Shown: positions 61,336 to 64,000 of the stretch, one piece after another
Position numbering within the stretch: the first letter of the stretch is position 1
Layout: each line of letters opens with the position of its first letter
NCBI GenBank assembly: GCA_002009975.1
Contig: MTLP01000031.1
Location: 64,001 to 128,000 of the forward strand
DNA: 64,000 bases
Source of the DNA: Thermococcus sp. JdFR-02
Lineage (GTDB): Archaea > Methanobacteriota_B > Thermococci > Thermococcales > Thermococcaceae
Direction: 5' to 3'
The notes under the pieces: model-generated
What the model saw: only the letters and a program-made list of their open reading frames with translations
Databases searched by the model: none
Told to the model about the DNA's origin: nothing
Position numbers and translations under genes: made by a program

Positions 61336-62661
61336 TCACCCCGTTATCTCAACTTTATACTCATTCCTTGATACAAACACATCTTTTCCAATCAAATACC
61401 CTTCTTCTTCAGCCATTTCAGCATAGTGAGTAAGCATCCTAAATTCTCCGTGAGCAGGAACAATATTTTCAGGATTTAAAAGCTTAATTAAATATCTATG
61501 ATCCTCTCTACTTGCATGTCCCGATACGTGTAAATCCTTAATCATTCTAACGCCTCTCATCCTAAGCTTTGTCTCTAAAGCATATCTCTGAGCAATGTTT
61601 AATGGATTTGGAATCACACCAGCTGAGAAAACAACTGTATCTTCCTTTCCAAGGTTATAAAGTTCACCATTAGCCATTCTTGTTAAAACGGCTCCAGGCT
61701 CTCCTTGATGTCCAGTAACTATCAAAAGATAATTTTCCTTAGCTTGGGCAACTTCTCTTAAGGTTTTTTGAACTGCATTTGGACTTCTAACCACTTTTGA
61801 GCCTTTCATTTTTATTAAACCCAATTGTTTAGCTATCCCCGTGTATTTTGCCAGCGAACGACCAACTAAAATAGCCTGCCTTCCCATTTTGTTTGCTATG
61901 TCTATAAGCTCTTGAAGTCTTGCAATATGGGAGGCAAAAGTAGTTGCTATCAACCCTTTCTCATCCATTCCTTCGTAGAGAAAGAAGTCTTCTAAGAGCA
62001 TTTTTGCTACAGCTTCGCTTGGAGTTTTTGTTTCTTGAGCAACCCTTGTTGATTCAGCTATTAACACCTTCACTCCCTCTTGTCCTATCTCCTTTAGCCG
62101 TTTATAGTCTGGTCTTTCACCCATTGGATTGTTGTTATCAAACTTGAAATCACAGGCATAAACTATAGCTCCTTCTGGTGTATGAACCACAACGAAAGAG
62201 GTTTGGGGTATTGAGTGAGTTATCTGCACAAATTCAATAGCCAAATTCTCACTAACTTGGACAATCTCGCCATAATTTGTCTCATACATTGGATTGGTGA
62301 CCTCAAAGTACTGCTCACTCTTAACTTCATTTTTTGTTAGCTTTATGGTGTAAGGTGTCCCATAAATTGGAACATTGGGATAATGGGGAGCTAACTTAGC
62401 TACAGCCCCAATATGATCCAAATGACCATGAGAAAATGCAATTGCGACAACTTTTTTGTTCTTAAGTGAAGTATCATCTGGAATTGCTCCAATCTTCCTA
62501 AGCTCTCTTGAACTCATCCGTTGAAAATTAACATCCTCATGAATTAAAACCCTATCAAGCCTTATTCCCATATCGATTATTACAACTTCTCCCTCATATT
62601 CTATGGCGGTCATGTTCTTTCCTACTTCCTCGTAACCGCCTATGGTGTAAATGGTAATCAT
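61336..62661 (-). CDS. rnj: Archaeal RNase J (beta-CASP)
   Basis: EVGKNM, HGHLDH, HSIP, GHQGEP, HVSGH, PAHGE. Confidence 0.93.
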   Translation of the reverse strand: MITIYTIGGYEEVGKNMTAIEYEGEVVIIDMGIRLDRVLIHEDVNFQRMSSRELRKIGAIPDDTSLKNKKVVAIAFSHGHLDHIGAVAKLAPHYPNVPIYGTPYTIKLTKNEVKSEQYFEVTNPMYETNYGEIVQVSENLAIEFVQITHSIPQTSFVVVHTPEGAIVYACDFKFDNNNPMGERPDYKRLKEIGQEGVKVLIAESTRVAQETKTPSEAVAKMLLEDFFLYEGMDEKGLIATTFASHIARLQELIDIANKMGRQAILVGRSLAKYTGIAKQLGLIKMKGSKVVRSPNAVQKTLREVAQAKENYLLIVTGHQGEPGAVLTRMANGELYNLGKEDTVVFSAGVIPNPLNIAQRYALETKLRMRGVRMIKDLHVSGHASREDHRYLIKLLNPENIVPAHGEFRMLTHYAEMAEEEGYLIGKDVFVSRNEYKVEITG

Positions 62662-62803
62662 TTCTGTTCCTCCTTTTGGATTTTAATTGAGACGGACGTT
62701 CGTCGGTCTCACTTATTGGTAGATGGGATTGAAACCCCATCAAGCTACATTATACTTGAGTAGAGAGTTTAAAAAGATGTGCCCTAAGTAAGAAAGAAAA
62801 AAC

Positions 62804-63925
62804 TTAAGGAATAGCTCTTCTTCTCTCCCTTAAAAACTCCCACAAGTCAATTCTTTGCTCAAGCCATTCCCTTGCAAAACTCGCAATTACTAGAGGAACT
62901 TTTCTAAGCTCTTCAACGTTCCTTGCACCAACTAAGAACATAGCATTCTTAAGCTCGTCAATATATCTTTGGAGAATTTTAACTACCCCTTCAACGTCTC
63001 CTTTAGCTGCTGGCTTTAATAAAGGCAAGGCTATACCAGCTAAATTTGCTCCCAAGGCTAAAGCCTTAGCTATTTGGATCCCATCCCTCATCCCACCTGT
63101 CGCAATAATTGGTAGGTCAGTTGCATATCTAACTTCAGCAACACTTATAGCTGTAGGAATCCCCCAATCCCAGAATTTTAGAGCTAAATTTTTGCTTCTT
63201 TCGTCTTTAGCTCTATAATACTCAACACCGCTCCAAGAGGTTCCACCTAAGCCGCCAACATCTATTGCATCAATTCCAATGCTTTCAAGCTTTATAGCAA
63301 CTTCCATTGAAACTCCGGCGCCTGTTTCTTTTGCTATTATTGGATAAGGGAACTTGCTTTTAAGCTCAGCTAAAGCTTTTAGAACGCCTCTATATTGTGT
63401 ATCTCCCTCAGGCTGAACGCTTTCTTGTAAAGGATTCATGTGAATGGCTAATGCATCAGCTTGAATTGTTTCTACAGCTTTGAGGGCTTCATCAGTTCCA
63501 TAACCTAAAACAAATTGAGCCGCTCCTAAATTCCCAACTAAAAAGATATCAGGTGCTACATCCCTAACGTAATAACTCTCCCAAGTCTCAGGCTTTCTTA
63601 TCATTGCTCTCTGACTTCCAACACCCATTGCTATGTTTAACTCCTGAGCAGCTTTAGCGAGAGTTTTGTTAATTTTCCCAGCTATTTGAGAGCCTTTTGT
63701 TCCTCCCGTCATTCCAGCTATCATTATTGGATAGTCAAGCTTGTGACCGAGGAATTCAACGCTTAAGTCTATCTCATCTTTGTCAATTTCAGGTAAAGCT
63801 TGATGAACGAAGTAAATGTTTTCAAAAGCATTGCTAACATGAGCTTCAACCTGCTTAGTTAAGCAATGCTCTATATGCTCAAACTTCCTAATAACTGTGA
63901 GCTCTTCTTTGTCAAAATGCTCCAT
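62804..63925 (-). CDS. fni: Type 2 isopentenyl-diphosphate delta-isomerase
   Basis: RKFEHI, GMTGG, GSQR, NPLQE, KETG, GGTSW. Confidence 0.95.
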   Translation of the reverse strand: MEHFDKEELTVIRKFEHIEHCLTKQVEAHVSNAFENIYFVHQALPEIDKDEIDLSVEFLGHKLDYPIMIAGMTGGTKGSQIAGKINKTLAKAAQELNIAMGVGSQRAMIRKPETWESYYVRDVAPDIFLVGNLGAAQFVLGYGTDEALKAVETIQADALAIHMNPLQESVQPEGDTQYRGVLKALAELKSKFPYPIIAKETGAGVSMEVAIKLESIGIDAIDVGGLGGTSWSGVEYYRAKDERSKNLALKFWDWGIPTAISVAEVRYATDLPIIATGGMRDGIQIAKALALGANLAGIALPLLKPAAKGDVEGVVKILQRYIDELKNAMFLVGARNVEELRKVPLVIASFAREWLEQRIDLWEFLRERRRAIP

Positions 63926-64000
63926 AAAACCCACCTCCTTAAAGAGAAACGCTAAGATAGGTTAAGAGGTTTTTGGAAAGGAATCACCAAGATTCTATGT

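Noticed and set aside
1-64000. CRISPR array, rRNA, IS element or intein
   Set aside because: No regularly spaced repeats, long GC-rich RNA gene, transposase or oversized core gene was seen.

Overview
Archaeal chromosomal window, very likely Thermococcales (AT-rich; archaeal histone, Mbs/Mbx complex with SurR sites, HARP, Pab1020-type RNA ligase). It holds malP, the complete 13-gene membrane-bound sulfane reductase operon, gltX-dnaG, tRNA-Arg(TCG), the dtdA-ftsZ-secE-spt5-L11-L1-L10-L12 block, a KamA-family radical SAM gene plus a TAXI-TRAP transporter, a nearly intact exosome/proteasome/RNase P superoperon broken by three insertions, leuS, an orphan ParA plus DNA-binding gene pair, and fni-rnj-idsA. 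The most striking unexplained signal is in the long 5' leaders of trpB2 and leuS. They share one architecture: both start GATGCC about 30 nt after a TATA box, fold into a long hairpin, carry the cognate codon (TGG or CTC) in the same TT-[codon]-AAY...GGTTA context, and have a downstream AACGCTT element that forms a mutually exclusive helix. This suggests an archaeal amino-acid-sensing RNA switch. Also notable: the KamA-like enzyme carries the Asp->Lys and Asp->Asn substitutions of glutamate 2,3-aminomutase and sits next to a glutamate-type importer. Many starts were moved from the ORF track to the ATG behind the best SD motif. All RNA folds are by eye, and no databases were searched.
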